From contig OX597819.1 in assembly GCA_951406725.2 (NCBI GenBank), positions 55,986,001-56,050,000 on the forward strand: a stretch of DNA of 64,000 nt, written 5' to 3'. Under the pieces are notes generated by a model that saw nothing but the letters and a program-made list of their open reading frames with translations, was not told the DNA's origin and ran no database searches. Position 1 is the stretch's first letter. Each line of letters opens with the position of its first letter. This document shows, piece by piece, positions 39,741 through 52,226 of the stretch. A program made the translations under genes and the position numbers. This DNA is from Octopus vulgaris (lineage: Eukaryota).

Positions 39741-40749
39741 ACACATTATGTTTACGTTATAGAGCTGCTTCTAAGTCAAAATCTAAAATTTTGTTTTATT
39801 TGTGCGGCGCTGTTGCATATCAGCAGATAGATTTTACAAAGTATATATTTTGGACTATCGATTTCAGTTCGCCTCGAGAAAGAATCAAGCCTACAACACC
39901 GATAAACTAAAATAACAACGTGAAATATCGATTTTTGCCGTTCTCGTTCAACTCGTATGCGTTTCATTTGGCCTGGTTTTGAGGTATACAGTCTTTTTCA
40001 CACTCTATGTCGTAAGGAAACATTCTCAGGACGAAAAACGGATCTTTTGACTTTGACCGGCAGATTTTAAAAATAATTTCTTTGTAACTAAACACTTTTA
40101 AACTTCGTATACTGGTAGAATGTGTCACATAAAACATCTTTTTCTCTTGGCGTTCTTGAGAAAATTCTGTAGTTTGTAAGCTATTTCTTGCTTAATTTCT
40201 CGTATTTCGGCAATTTCAACCAATCAATGACGTCTATTGAGGTGAATACAATTACTGCTGTTGTTTGTCAACAAGTTCAACAACAACTTCCATTTTCACC
40301 TCCTACTCATCGATATATCCATCATTATTTTCAATGCCGCTTGAGTTCCTGTATCCCGCCATTTCCCATGCCTAAAAGGACATATAAGTCGTGTAAATGC
40401 CACCCGGCCATATGCGACACTCCTCCCCAAATACGTTAAACCTTTCCCACAAGGAAAACCTCATGACCTCCGCAGCTATCTGCGGAGGCCATTCAGGATC
40501 CCGTGTAGAGGACATATCTACTGTCTCTTTATGTTTTTCTTCTATTTTTTCCACCTCCCCTCCCTTGTAGAAAAAGATAATTAATTCATCATCTTTAAGG
40601 GTGGGGGGGGGTCGTTTCTTCCACCGTAGGTGGCACAACTTCGGGACATGTAGACGGCACATCATCTCCCACCTGCAATGTCCAATTCTTCTTCTTTCTT
40701 TTCTTCCTGACTTCGGGAGAGTGGAGCTCTTCCATACATATATTTATAA

Positions 40750-42370
40750 CTAGCAGTATAACCCGGCCTTGCCAGGGATTAAGTTACGATTATTAAGCTA
40801 ATCAAGTTCTTTATTTCAAACCAAACTAAGTAATATCGACGTCAAATTTGGGCAAAATCCGTTGAAATTGGTTATATTATATATATATTATATATATTAT
40901 ATATATAATATAATATAAATATATATGGGCAACAGACACGAACACACATGTACGTACGTACACCTATTGCATGTTTTGTGCATGCATATATGTTCATAAA
41001 CAGAAATGAATGGGGAAAATGTTGTTAAATTTGTAGATTAACACTCGCACGATTTTCACTGAGGAAAATAATCGTTTTTTTTTGCGTGGAATCAACTATC
41101 CTGGCCTCCTAATATGCTACAAAACCCTTTTTGTGGTCCGACAAACGGAGTGGGTGTGGTGGAAGGACTGACAAATTGCTACTCACCTCTTTGTTTCTTT
41201 GTTGTTAAATAAATGGATTATCAACTAAACACTTTTTTACTCGGCGTAAAATAAAAACAAAACTCTTTCGCACCCAAAGTAATCTGTGTGAGAGAGAGGG
41301 GGGAGAAAGATGAACGATTTAAAATAAATAAATGATTTAAAATAAATATATTGTAATTGTTGTGTGAGAAAGTATATATACTATGATTATAAAATATAGT
41401 CTTTTAAAATTTTGGGGAAAATTTTCAAAAAATTTTTGAAAAATTTTTGAGGGAAAATTTTCAAAATATTTTTCAAAAATTTTGGGGCAAACTTTCGAAA
41501 AATTTTTGAAAAATTTTTGAAAAATTAAAAAAAAATTTTTGGGGCAGATTTTCAAAAATTTTTCAAAAATTCTTGAGGAAAGGTTTGAAATTTTTCCACA
41601 AAAATTTAAAAACAATTGTTTGAAGATTTTCCTCAAAAATTTAAAAACAGTTTTTTGTAAATTTTCCCCATAATTTAAAAAAATATTTTTGAAAATTTCC
41701 CCCAAAAACTTTTGAAAAATTTTTTGAAAATTTTCCCCAAAAACTTTTGAAAAATTTTTTGAAAATTTTCCCCCAAAATTTTTGAAAATGCCAGGGTATC
41801 CATGAACATTTTGACCTGCTTTCCGTGGGGCCCATATTTTTCCATTCCAAGTGTAGTACAATTGAATCTGTGGATACAGCAAGGTTTGAGCGAATGGATC
41901 CACTTGACAAAGCTTGAAGAATGCAGTGAGTGTGCTATCCCTTGGTTCCTCTGCCAACAGAGAAGCATTAGCATCGGTGAAGTACACTCTTTGACCATTT
42001 TCCAGGTGCACTGCAAGCTGTTGAATGGCGTGGTGTCGTTGGTGATTTGGAAAGCCAAAGATGCGCCAGAAAGCCTCGTTGCTACTTATGTACCGTCCCA
42101 CCTGATAATGCGTCACCTCATCCTGGCAGTATTCTTGTTGAAGTCCAAACATTGCACCGTCAGAACCCTTGTTTGCATATTTGCAAACGTACTTGATGGA
42201 TTTACGGTTTACAATTATTTAACAAATGCAACACAACAACATTTCCCTGACGAGGAACCAACAAACGTGATTACAGTAATAATAATAACAAACCTTTTTA
42301 ATTTATCCCCATTTATGTGAAACCACTTATTCAAGTTCAAGTCATTGATGTAATTTTATACGAATTTCTA

Positions 42371-42421
<51 letters not shown>

Positions 42422-42826
42422 AGGGTGAAAAATTGAATATTAATTTTATTAATATGAATTGAAAACCAGTGGTGTAGCATATAAGACCATGGTGGATCTT
42501 CTAGCAAAATGGATGACCATTGTTAATGGTTCATCTCTGTTATATAATAATTTCACTTTAATAGTGAAAGTGTCTGCATTACAAAAGAGAGATGTTTTTG
42601 TTTCACTTTTAACACGTAATACTGAAATAGTGAAGATATGATACTGCTGTGGGGTCGCCCTAGGGAAAAAGTTAAGATTTTTTTGCTGATGACACTCCCC
42701 GGACTTTAAGTAAGGCATGTGTAAAATTTGAATGAAATTGGTTGTGTAGTTCTCAAGTTTTAGGGAAACACACAGACAGACAGACAGACAGACAGACACA
42801 CATTCTCAGTTTTATATATATAGAGA
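40750..42826 (-). mobile_element. Deleted Helitron carrying a RepHel fragment
   Basis: 5' A|TC at about 42826 and 3' hairpin CCCTGGCAAGGCCGGG plus CTAG at 40750-53. RepHel segment SIKYVCKYANKGSD..DEVTHYQVGRYISSNEAFWRIF..LAVHLENGQRVYF..STLTAFFKLC..LLY..YYTW at about 41785-42205. Confidence 0.9.
41400..41788. repeat. Low-complexity palindromic AAAATTTT-based minisatellite inside the Helitron
   Basis: Reiterated TTTTCAAAAATTTTTGAAAA / GGGGAAAATTTT units. Confidence 0.8.
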
Positions 42827-43003
42827 TATATATGTCTATACGTATGTATATATTTTGTGTGTATGTATACTATGATTTCTTTAGGGAAGATGACCGTCAA
42901 CAACAGTGGGTTTGAAACGAATCTTTCAAACATGCCATCGTGTGCAGACAACTGACCAAAACAAAAACACATTTTCTGTTTGTAATGCCCGTTTCTTTCA
43001 TTT

Positions 43004-43038
<35 letters not shown>

Positions 43039-43072
43039 CATACACAAATACATTTATATATGCATACATACA

Positions 43073-43103
<31 letters not shown>

Positions 43104-43190
43104 GTCCATATCTATCTGTCTGTGTGTCTGTCTGTCTGTCTCTCTCTCTCTCTATCTCACACATTCTCTCTCTCTCTCTATCTCACACAA

Positions 43191-43227
<37 letters not shown>

Positions 43228-43246
43228 ATGTATCTCTCTCTCCCCC

Positions 43247-43381
<135 letters not shown>

Positions 43382-44805
43382 ATGAACGTATGGAAGTGTG
43401 TGTATATAAAATAGAACAACTATACAATTTAGAACACAACTACTGAAATCATTGTTTTTTGTCAATAATTTTCTATCGTCATATGATTGTTTTAGAAATT
43501 CGGGAAATTGGTTTGTGCCACATATTATTTTCGCTCTATTTTCTTTTGTACTTTTTATTAATCAACTTAATTTTTCCACGCCACATTTTTAAAAAGATTT
43601 CTATGAACTTTGTTTTGAAATTAGGTTTGTTGTTATTGTTTTCTGTCAACGGTGGTGGAGGGGAAAATGTTAGAATTAAGGAAAGAATATTTCTTGCGTT
43701 GCTTAGATATGTTCCTTTATAGTAGGCGTAGGAGTGGCTGTGTGGTAAGTAGCTTGCTTACGAACCATACGGTTCCGGGTTCAGTCCCACTGCGTCGCAC
43801 CTTGGACAAGTGTCATCTACTATAGCCTCGGGCCGATCAAATCCTTGTAAATGGATTTGGTAGACGGAAACTGAAAGAAGGCCGTCGTATATATATGTAT
43901 GTGTGTGTATACGTTTGTGCGTTTGCCTAATTTAGAATTTTACTCTTTAATTAAAATGAGCAAGTGTCACAGCTTTATGAATTGATTTGGTAGAGGGAAA
44001 TTGAAAGCCCGAAGGGCTTCCATACAGTTTCGCTTGACAACCGATGCTAGTGTGTTTACGTCCCCGTAACTTGACGGTTCGGCAAAAGAGACCGATAGAA
44101 TAAGTACTAGGCTTACAAAGAATAAGTCCTGGGGGCGATTTGCTCGACTAAAGGCGGGGCTCCAGCATGGCCACAGTCAAATGACTGAAATAAGTAATAG
44201 AGTAAAAGAGAAGTGTTCAAATAGTCTTGATACTGACTTCGTTCATTATTATCTTCGGAATATCAATGTAGTACTTTTCATTTAAATATGTATTATACTC
44301 TGATGAGCTACTGTTAAGACACAAATAAATTTTAGGATTATTAAACTCATTTTTTGAGATGAAAAATATTTTGATATTCAAATCTCCACTCTGTTTCGAT
44401 TCGGACGATCTCCACTCGTCACCAGGTATTGTATTCTTGGATATGTACATGGTACCAAACTATTTCGAAACTGGGGACTTTTATTCAGAATATTAGCAGT
44501 AATAATGATTTCATCAACCAGGCCGGTGATGCTTGTAACTAGTCAAATATTTTCTACTATAGGCACAAGGCCTGAGAATTTTGAGGAAGAATAATACTTT
44601 ATTTTATCGATCCCGAAAAGATGAAAAGCAAAGCCTACCACTGCAGAATTTCAACTAAGAAGGTAAAGACGGACGAAACGACGCTAAGCATTTTGCCCGA
44701 CGTGCAAACGATTCTGCCATCTCACCGCCTTTATAACTAGTCACATTTTGATGTCAAACTGCTCTTTAAATTAGAAAATTACTATTTGTAATACAGTTCT
44801 ATATT

Positions 44806-44918
44806 TAAGAGATGACGAATTGTGTATATTATTTACATTATTTACATTCGACGGATATTTGTCCTCATCTTGTTTGTTGTTAACACACCGTTTCGGCTGA
44901 TATACCCTCCAGCCTTCA
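44806..44918 (-). mobile_element. 3' (hammerhead) half of a tRNA-hammerhead element split by Dong insertions
   Basis: Minus strand TGAAGGCTGGAGGGTATATCAGCCGAAACGGTGTGTTAACAACAAACAAGATGAGGAC...AGAACTGTA matches 55662-55785. Confidence 0.8.
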
Positions 44919-47900
44919 TTATTATTATTATTATTATTCTATGTTTGACTTTTGCTTTATATTTGTACAAGTTGGCTCCAAGTCTCACCCAGAGACCTCA
45001 AGAGACAACAGGGTTGGAAGTTCATGTTGTTGTTATGCCTAGTGTGCCATATATTTGGGGGGTGGGGATGTTGTACTAATGAATGTCTAAAAAAAAAAAA
45101 AAAGGTTTTTTTTTTTTTTTTTTTTTAAACCGAAAATTATGTTTGTTTTAAACCTTGAGATTACATAGAGAGTATTTTGCGTAGGATATGAGCAGTTCCC
45201 ATGAGCACTATCTTTTGAACTTCTGCCATTTTTGGGTTTCCTGGTATCTGAGTTAGGTAGCTATCAGCCCCTTTTGCTATCATTCCCAGGGCACCTATGA
45301 CAACAGGTATTGTTTTAGTCTTCAGCTTCCACATTTTGCTGATTTCTATTTCAAGATCTTTATATTTGCTCAGTTTTTGGTAGGTCTTGACAGATACGTT
45401 TATATCGATTGGGACAGTCATATCAATGAGGAGGCATGTTCTTTGTTTGAAGTTTTTCAATATGATGTCTGGCCTATTTGCATCTATCTTCCTGTCAGTT
45501 TGAATGGTGAAGTTCCAGAGGAGTGAGATGTGGTCATTTTCAAGCACTGGGGGTGGTTTGTGTTCCCACCAGTTTTTTTCATGGGGCAAATCCAGGTTTT
45601 TACAGATTACCCAGTGAATATATTGTGCAGCTCTATCGTGCCTGTTGAGATACTCTGTAGGCGCTAGAAGACTGCACTTGGAGACCACATGGTCAATGGT
45701 TTCATTTTGTTGCTTGCATACACGACACGTTGGACTGCTTCTGATCTTTAATATGTTGGCCTGGTAGTTTCTTGTTGGTAGGCATTGATCTTGAGCTGCT
45801 ATGATAAACCCCTCTGTTTCAGATTTTAAGCCAGAGGCCATTAGCCATTGATGGGTCAGGGCTTTGTCGATATCTGCATTATTCGCTCTCTTTGGGTATT
45901 TGCCATAGAGAGGTTTTTCTTGCCATTTATTATTCAGAATATCTAAGGCCGCAGTTTTGGCACGGGTTTTCATGCGCCTAGCTTTTTCTGTGCTTGTTTC
46001 TTGTATATCTATCTCTAATTCCGAAATTGGTTGTATTCGGAATTCACTTAGATATTCCTTTGCCTGTTTTGTGACTGAGTATGATGCTTTCTTGTTTTCA
46101 TGTTTTGAGACAAGTTTTAGCATCCAGTCCTCAGAGTTTTTCAGGTAGGTGTCTAGGCCAATTGTAGCAATCTTCATTGTTATTGCCAGTTGCAAAAGAC
46201 CACGGCCTCCCTCTTTTCTTGGCAGATAGAGTCGTTCTGTATCTGCCTTAGGGTGGTGCATTCTATGCATTGTCAACAGTTTCCTTATTTTTCTGTCGAG
46301 CTGACATATTTCAGTAATTGACCAGTTAACAATATTGAAACTGTAAGTCACGACTGGTATAGCTAATGCATTGATTGCTTCGATCCTGTTTCTTGCATTC
46401 AGCTCTGTCTTGAGTATTGCTCTCACTCTTCGATAGCATTCTCTCCTGATCCTTTCCTTCATCTCTGAATGCCTTATTCCGTTCCCTTCAATTATCCCTA
46501 GGTACTTGTAGCTCTCCGCTGGGTCTAGTTCTTTTATGACATTCTGTTGGTCAAGGTTAACGTTAGATGTTTCTGTCATTTTTCCTTTGATAAAGGTAGC
46601 CTTTGCACATTTATCGAGGCCGAATTGCATTCTGATGTCGTCACTGAATTGTTTGACTATCGCTAGTAAGCCCTTGAGTTGTTGATCATTTTTTGCAAAA
46701 AGCTTTAAATCATCCATGTAAACGAGATGATTTATATTTTTATCAAACATTTTATACCCGTACTGCGCATCATTGAGCAGCTTTGAGAGAGGTATTAAGG
46801 ATAAACAAAAGAGGAGTGGTGACAGTGAGTCACCCTGGAAAATGCCACACGAAATTTTTACATCACCAGCATTTAGGGATTCACTGTCACTGTTCAGAGT
46901 TAGTGTGGTTCTCCATGATCTCATACTTACAGTCAAGAAGTTTCGCAGAGTTGGTGCTATCTTATACATTTCAAGGCATTTCCTAATCCAGCTATGTGGT
47001 AGGCTATCAAAAGCCTTTTTATAGTCTATCCAGGCTATTGATAAGTTTTTGTGTCGTTTGTGACAATCTTCTAAGATCATCTTATTGATGAGTAGTTGGT
47101 CTTTACAGCCGTAGGATCCACGTTTACATCCTTTCTGTTCATTAGGGAATATGCTGCTGTCTGTTAAAAAACTATAGGTATATTCCGTCAGGACAGATGT
47201 TAGTGTTTTGTACATAGTTGTTAAGCAGGTTATGGGTCTATAGTTTTTTGGTTCATTTGTTTCTTCACTTTTTGGAAGCAGGAATGTTAACCCATTAACT
47301 AGCCAAGGAGGCATCCTACTAGGGTGTTGCAAAACATCATTGTACAGTTCTGTTAGCAGTTCATGGCTCTCTGGGAAGGCATTCAGCCAGAAGTTAGGAA
47401 TTTTATCCTTTCCTGGAGACTTCCATTTGCTTGACCTCCTGAGAGCAGATCTTATATCTTCTACCTTGACACCCTCCCACTTTTGCTCTTCTAAGGGGTC
47501 CAGTTCTGTAGATATTCTGTCAATCCAGGGGGCCTTTTCGTTGTGTGTTTTTTCTTCTGCCCAGATTTTATTCCAAAATCTCTGCACTTCTTCTTTTGAT
47601 GGTACAGACCCTGCAGTAAACGCTGTTTTTCCTATCTTCCTGTAAAAATTCTTGGTGTTATTTTTGAACATGTTGTTGTCCTTGAAAAATCTAACACGCT
47701 TTTCATACCTCGCTATGCGGGCAGCTTTGGCAGATACCTTTTGTTTGATGGTTTCTATGGTGGCATCAATATCAAGTATAGTTTTCATATTGTATTTTTT
47801 CAGTAATTTTTGGGTTTTTGTAGGTTTGGTAATCTTGTGAGCCTTAAGGTTTTTCAAATATTCAATGTCAGATCTAAATATTTTAATTTGTTGTTGCAGA

Positions 47901-49895
47901 CGCTCTTGCCAAGAAGGCTTTTTGTGGGACTGTTGCCGTTTTCTAATCTTTACACCACATAGGATCGTTGAGATTTTCGCGGATGCATAGTATAGGTGGT
48001 TGAGGTTTGTGATATCAACATCATTAACTGAAATTATATCCTTAAGTGCAAGCCGGATTTTACCAATTATTTTCATGTTTTGGTTAGAGTTGCGGATTTT
48101 AGGAAGTGTATCACGCTCATCCATGCTGGTTTCTTTAATTTTCAGCCATTCAATCATGATTTGATTTTTTAGCTCATGTAGTTCTGTTGGGTCAATATTT
48201 GTGTGACTTTCTTTATCTATTTGATGCTCATCTGTCTTAGTGTTTATGATTGGTTCAGGGCGTATTTCACTTTGCCTATCACTTATACTAACTCTTTCAA
48301 TCCTCTCTTCGTTTTTATCCGCCCTGGGCTGGTCTATAATCATTTCCTCTGTATTATCTTCTCTAGCTGCAGCTTCGTTTATTTTATCCGATATTGCTTG
48401 TCTAACCTGATCAATCTCTACTTCAGTCAGTAATTTCTTTTTTATAATGTTTCTTCTAACATTGGCAAGCTTGTTACTGTCTATGTAGGGTCTTACTTCA
48501 GGGTGTTTCTGTCTCCAGTTTAAGTATGCTTGTACAGTGCTAGACTTATCTGTGGGGAAATATATGGCATGGTAGAAGGCCTCAAGAACTTCTTTATTAT
48601 CTTCCCTAGACCATTTTTCCTTCTTTTTCTTTTGATTATTTGGTGATGAGCATGGATGGCCATCTGTTGGAATATTCCGGTTGTGGGGTTCGTCCAGCTC
48701 CTGTGTGTTGGGAAGATTTGATCCAGTAACTGATTTTTCAATCAGGATTTGGTTCAATTTTCGGGTACGTGGTCTTTTGTAATCCGCGCAATGACCAATG
48801 CGGTTTATTGTTTGATTTGTTGACCTTGAAGCATGACGAGCATCCATTCTTATATTAGGAGATGGATCTGTCAGTTTAGGGTTCACTACATGTAAGCATT
48901 GCTCATAGCGCCGCTTCTTAAGACTAGCAGATCTATATTCGTCTGTATTTTTTTTTTGTTGATAGTTTTATCTCCGGACATTTTTTTTTTTTTTTTTTCC
49001 TTTCCTCCTCTTCCTTTCTTCAAGGCTTACTGTGTCTGTATTAGTTCGAAATAATGAGAATAAAATACGGAGAAGGAAACGAAAAGAAAGGGAAAAAGAC
49101 GGGATCTGTCAGTTATTATTGTTATTACTATCATCTTCACCACCATCACCATCATCAGCAACATCACCATCACCATCATCATCTTCAATGACATTGTTTT
49201 ATGTGTAGCCACAGCCACCATCAACACTCCATTGTGTTGGAGAATGGGTGGTTAAAGAATTCATGTTCTTTGGGTCTATAAATAGCCACGGTAGATGGTG
49301 GAGACAAAGGACGTTAATGGTCAGTAAAAGGTCAAACCTGTTTACGTTTATTTATTTATTTATTTATTTTTTTTTTCCTTTCTCTTTTCTTCTTCACCAC
49401 ATGCATATGTATATGTATATATATGTATATTCACTCACACATATTATCTGATGTTTTCGTCGAAGATTTTTTTTTCTTTTTTTAAATAACTTTCTGAGTT
49501 CAATGTTATGTATATATTTTTAAATTTCTGAATTCAGTTGTATGTATATAGTAGTAGGTGCTTAATTCCATAACTTTTTATCGTGCATTTAATTGTGTTG
49601 TTACAATAAAAGGTAATTTAAAAGGCAATTTTACACATTCTTATAGTCATGAGAGACGACTAAATGTAAATGTTCACACAGAATTGGAGATATTTATGTT
49701 TCTAATTTTTCTTGTTAGGTGTACGTTTGTATGAGCTGTAGATATGTAAGTTTTTTTTACTTATTTTGAGGGTAATTCAAATTACTTACAGTAAACAGTA
49801 GATCTTCCAGTTTTCTACAGTTGACCTGCTGGGTTCGCTGTTGCCAGTTCAGAGCATCGTAAAAATACGTCCATCCTCTGTCACGTCCAGCCGCC
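44918..49895 (-). mobile_element. Probably full-length R4/Dong-clade non-LTR retrotransposon in (TAA)n
   Basis: Single ORF, about 220-nt 3'UTR (44939-45160) and a (TAA)7 tail (44918-38). The 5' end is inferred at the next (TAA)n tract (about 49896), which implies about 0.9 kb of 5'UTR. The 5' boundary is less certain than the 3' one. Confidence 0.8.
45161..48886 (-). CDS. R4/Dong-type polyprotein: reverse transcriptase, CCHC zinc knuckle and restriction-like endonuclease
   Basis: 1241 uninterrupted codons. RT motifs KSPGKD, NYRPITCL, EQKG, WIDYKKAFDS, GIFQGDSLSP, YMDDLKL and YKYLG. Knuckle CRVC..ETIDHVVSKC. RLE motifs RHD, RPDII, LLIDMTVP and KYKDL. The listed start is GTG; the true start is uncertain. 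Confidence 0.95.
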   Translation of the reverse strand: MNPKLTDPSPNIRMDARHASRSTNQTINRIGHCADYKRPRTRKLNQILIEKSVTGSNLPNTQELDEPHNRNIPTDGHPCSSPNNQKKKKEKWSREDNKEVLEAFYHAIYFPTDKSSTVQAYLNWRQKHPEVRPYIDSNKLANVRRNIIKKKLLTEVEIDQVRQAISDKINEAAAREDNTEEMIIDQPRADKNEERIERVSISDRQSEIRPEPIINTKTDEHQIDKESHTNIDPTELHELKNQIMIEWLKIKETSMDERDTLPKIRNSNQNMKIIGKIRLALKDIISVNDVDITNLNHLYYASAKISTILCGVKIRKRQQSHKKPSWQERLQQQIKIFRSDIEYLKNLKAHKITKPTKTQKLLKKYNMKTILDIDATIETIKQKVSAKAARIARYEKRVRFFKDNNMFKNNTKNFYRKIGKTAFTAGSVPSKEEVQRFWNKIWAEEKTHNEKAPWIDRISTELDPLEEQKWEGVKVEDIRSALRRSSKWKSPGKDKIPNFWLNAFPESHELLTELYNDVLQHPSRMPPWLVNGLTFLLPKSEETNEPKNYRPITCLTTMYKTLTSVLTEYTYSFLTDSSIFPNEQKGCKRGSYGCKDQLLINKMILEDCHKRHKNLSIAWIDYKKAFDSLPHSWIRKCLEMYKIAPTLRNFLTVSMRSWRTTLTLNSDSESLNAGDVKISCGIFQGDSLSPLLFCLSLIPLSKLLNDAQYGYKMFDKNINHLVYMDDLKLFAKNDQQLKGLLAIVKQFSDDIRMQFGLDKCAKATFIKGKMTETSNVNLDQQNVIKELDPAESYKYLGIIEGNGIRHSEMKERIRRECYRRVRAILKTELNARNRIEAINALAIPVVTYSFNIVNWSITEICQLDRKIRKLLTMHRMHHPKADTERLYLPRKEGGRGLLQLAITMKIATIGLDTYLKNSEDWMLKLVSKHENKKASYSVTKQAKEYLSEFRIQPISELEIDIQETSTEKARRMKTRAKTAALDILNNKWQEKPLYGKYPKRANNADIDKALTHQWLMASGLKSETEGFIIAAQDQCLPTRNYQANILKIRSSPTCRVCKQQNETIDHVVSKCSLLAPTEYLNRHDRAAQYIHWVICKNLDLPHEKNWWEHKPPPVLENDHISLLWNFTIQTDRKIDANRPDIILKNFKQRTCLLIDMTVPIDINVSVKTYQKLSKYKDLEIEISKMWKLKTKTIPVVIGALGMIAKGADSYLTQIPGNPKMAEVQKIVLMGTAHILRKILSM

Positions 49896-50441
<546 letters not shown>

Positions 50442-50445
50442 CATT

Positions 50446-50820
50446 GTTCAGGTCACTGCTTGGAATCGAACACGGTATCTTGGGGTTAGTAGCCCGCGCT
50501 CTTAACCACTATGTCATATGCCCGTGGGCGTAGTGGTTAAGAGTACAGGCTACACACCCCAAGATTCCGAGTTCAATTCCAAGCAGTGACCTGAACTACA
50601 ACAACAAGAATAACAACAACAACAACACCACCACCGACAACAACAACAATAATGATAATTATAATATCGAAAAATACCTTAGGAATGAGAACCCAGGTTC
50701 GAAATTTCCCCAAGACACCTGAAGAAGGCTGGAGGGTATATCAGCCGAAATGTTGTGTTAACAACAAATAAGATGAGGACAAATATCCGTCGAATGTAAA
50801 TAATGTAAATAATGTACTAT
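50446..50820. mobile_element. Head-to-head pair of tRNA-headed, hammerhead-tailed elements
   Basis: Minus head 50446-50523 and plus head 50525-50596 (GGCGTAGTGGTTAAG, GAGTTCAATTCC), then (AAC/AAT)n, then a tail with a hammerhead at 50714-50759. Confidence 0.8.
50714..50759 (+). ncRNA. Minimal type I hammerhead ribozyme motif
   Basis: GACAC-CTGAAGA-A-GGCTG-(10 nt)-CAGCC-GAAA-TG-TT-GTGTT. Core intact; the stem III CG is changed to TG. Confidence 0.7.
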
Positions 50821-52226
50821 TTGTAAATCTCACAACGAGAGATATTCAGCAACAGTACTTTAGAGTAAAGATTATTTGCGAACATAACATAGCAGTCCTG
50901 GTTTAGGACAAATGATGCGGTAATTTAGCCCCAGGAGACATCGTCACCAGCTGGGGTGTATCTATTTATCAGCTAGGAACTCTCCCTGTGTCCAGGGGGT
51001 GACTTGTCAAGACTATGCAGTTATCTCTGTATTGTGCTGTATGCATACAACCAGCCTGGCTCTTGTTACTAGACCATTCATTGATGTAAAATAGCCAACA
51101 AACGTGTCCCATAAGCACAATTCCTATACCGGCGGCTTATCTCTACAAGCATAGGATTAAGATAAACATCTTTCATGAGTCATATAAACTTTTATGAGTC
51201 ATCTTTCATGAGTCAAAAGGCTGTTTTCACGGTTTCCGTGGCACATATACTGCCCCACCCCAGGCGGAATGCTGGTCCGTCGCGGGATTACTCATTTTTG
51301 CCAGCAGAGTGGACTAGAGGAAGTGAAATGAAGGGTATTGCTCAAGAGCACAATACATTGCCCAGTCCAGAAATCGAAACCACAATCTTTCGATTACGTG
51401 TCCAACACCCTAATAATTCAACCATGCGCCTCCACATTCTCTACAAGACATACCAATATAGAGTTGCAATCTTTAGCCATTGGTTAGTATTGGTCCACCG
51501 AATTTTAGCAGAGATGTTTCTTAGAAAGGCTGGAAAACAAAACCAAATATTTAACAAAAGCCATCCATTCTACGGATATCACCAATACAAAACAGATTCA
51601 AGTAGAAGAAAAAAGGAAGGCAAAAATCTTCATGCTATCCATTGTTTCGACAAACGGTGACGAAGAACCTACGTGCATACAATTATAATTATGGAAGGAA
51701 AGATTGGTAAATATTTTACTATTACCAAAGAGATAAAATGCAAATCAGCAGAAAAATTTTCAAAGCGTTTGGAGTTCACACGAACTAATCTTTTATCTCT
51801 GTGTTGTGTTGTATGCATACAACCGCCCAGGCTCATTTAATTGTTTCGGTATTGGATTGCGGTTATGCTGGAACACCATATTGAAGGGTTTTATACGAAC
51901 AAATTGACGCCCAGTACTTAGGTTTTCTATCGGTATTATTTGCCGAACCGCTGAATTACGGAGACGTGAACAAACCAACATTGGTTGTTAAGCGGTGGCG
52001 AGTCTGGGTGACAAACACTGGCATGAAGACATATACCCATACACACTCACGCGATAGGCTTCAACAGTTTCCATCTACCTAATTCATTCACATGGCATTG
52101 ATAGGCATAGGGCTAAAGTAGAAAACACTTGCTTAAGGTGCCGCGCAATAGGGCGTAACCTGAATCCACATGACTGCAAAGCTAGCTTCTTAATCACGTA
52201 GCCATGCCTGTGCTTACGAATAAGTA

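Noticed and set aside
40372-40665. 97-aa non-repetitive ORF
   Set aside because: No recognisable domain or splice context.
41337-41788. C-terminal K/F-rich half of the 271-aa ORF
   Set aside because: Read-through into the AAAATTTT minisatellite; only the N-terminal half is Helitron RepHel.
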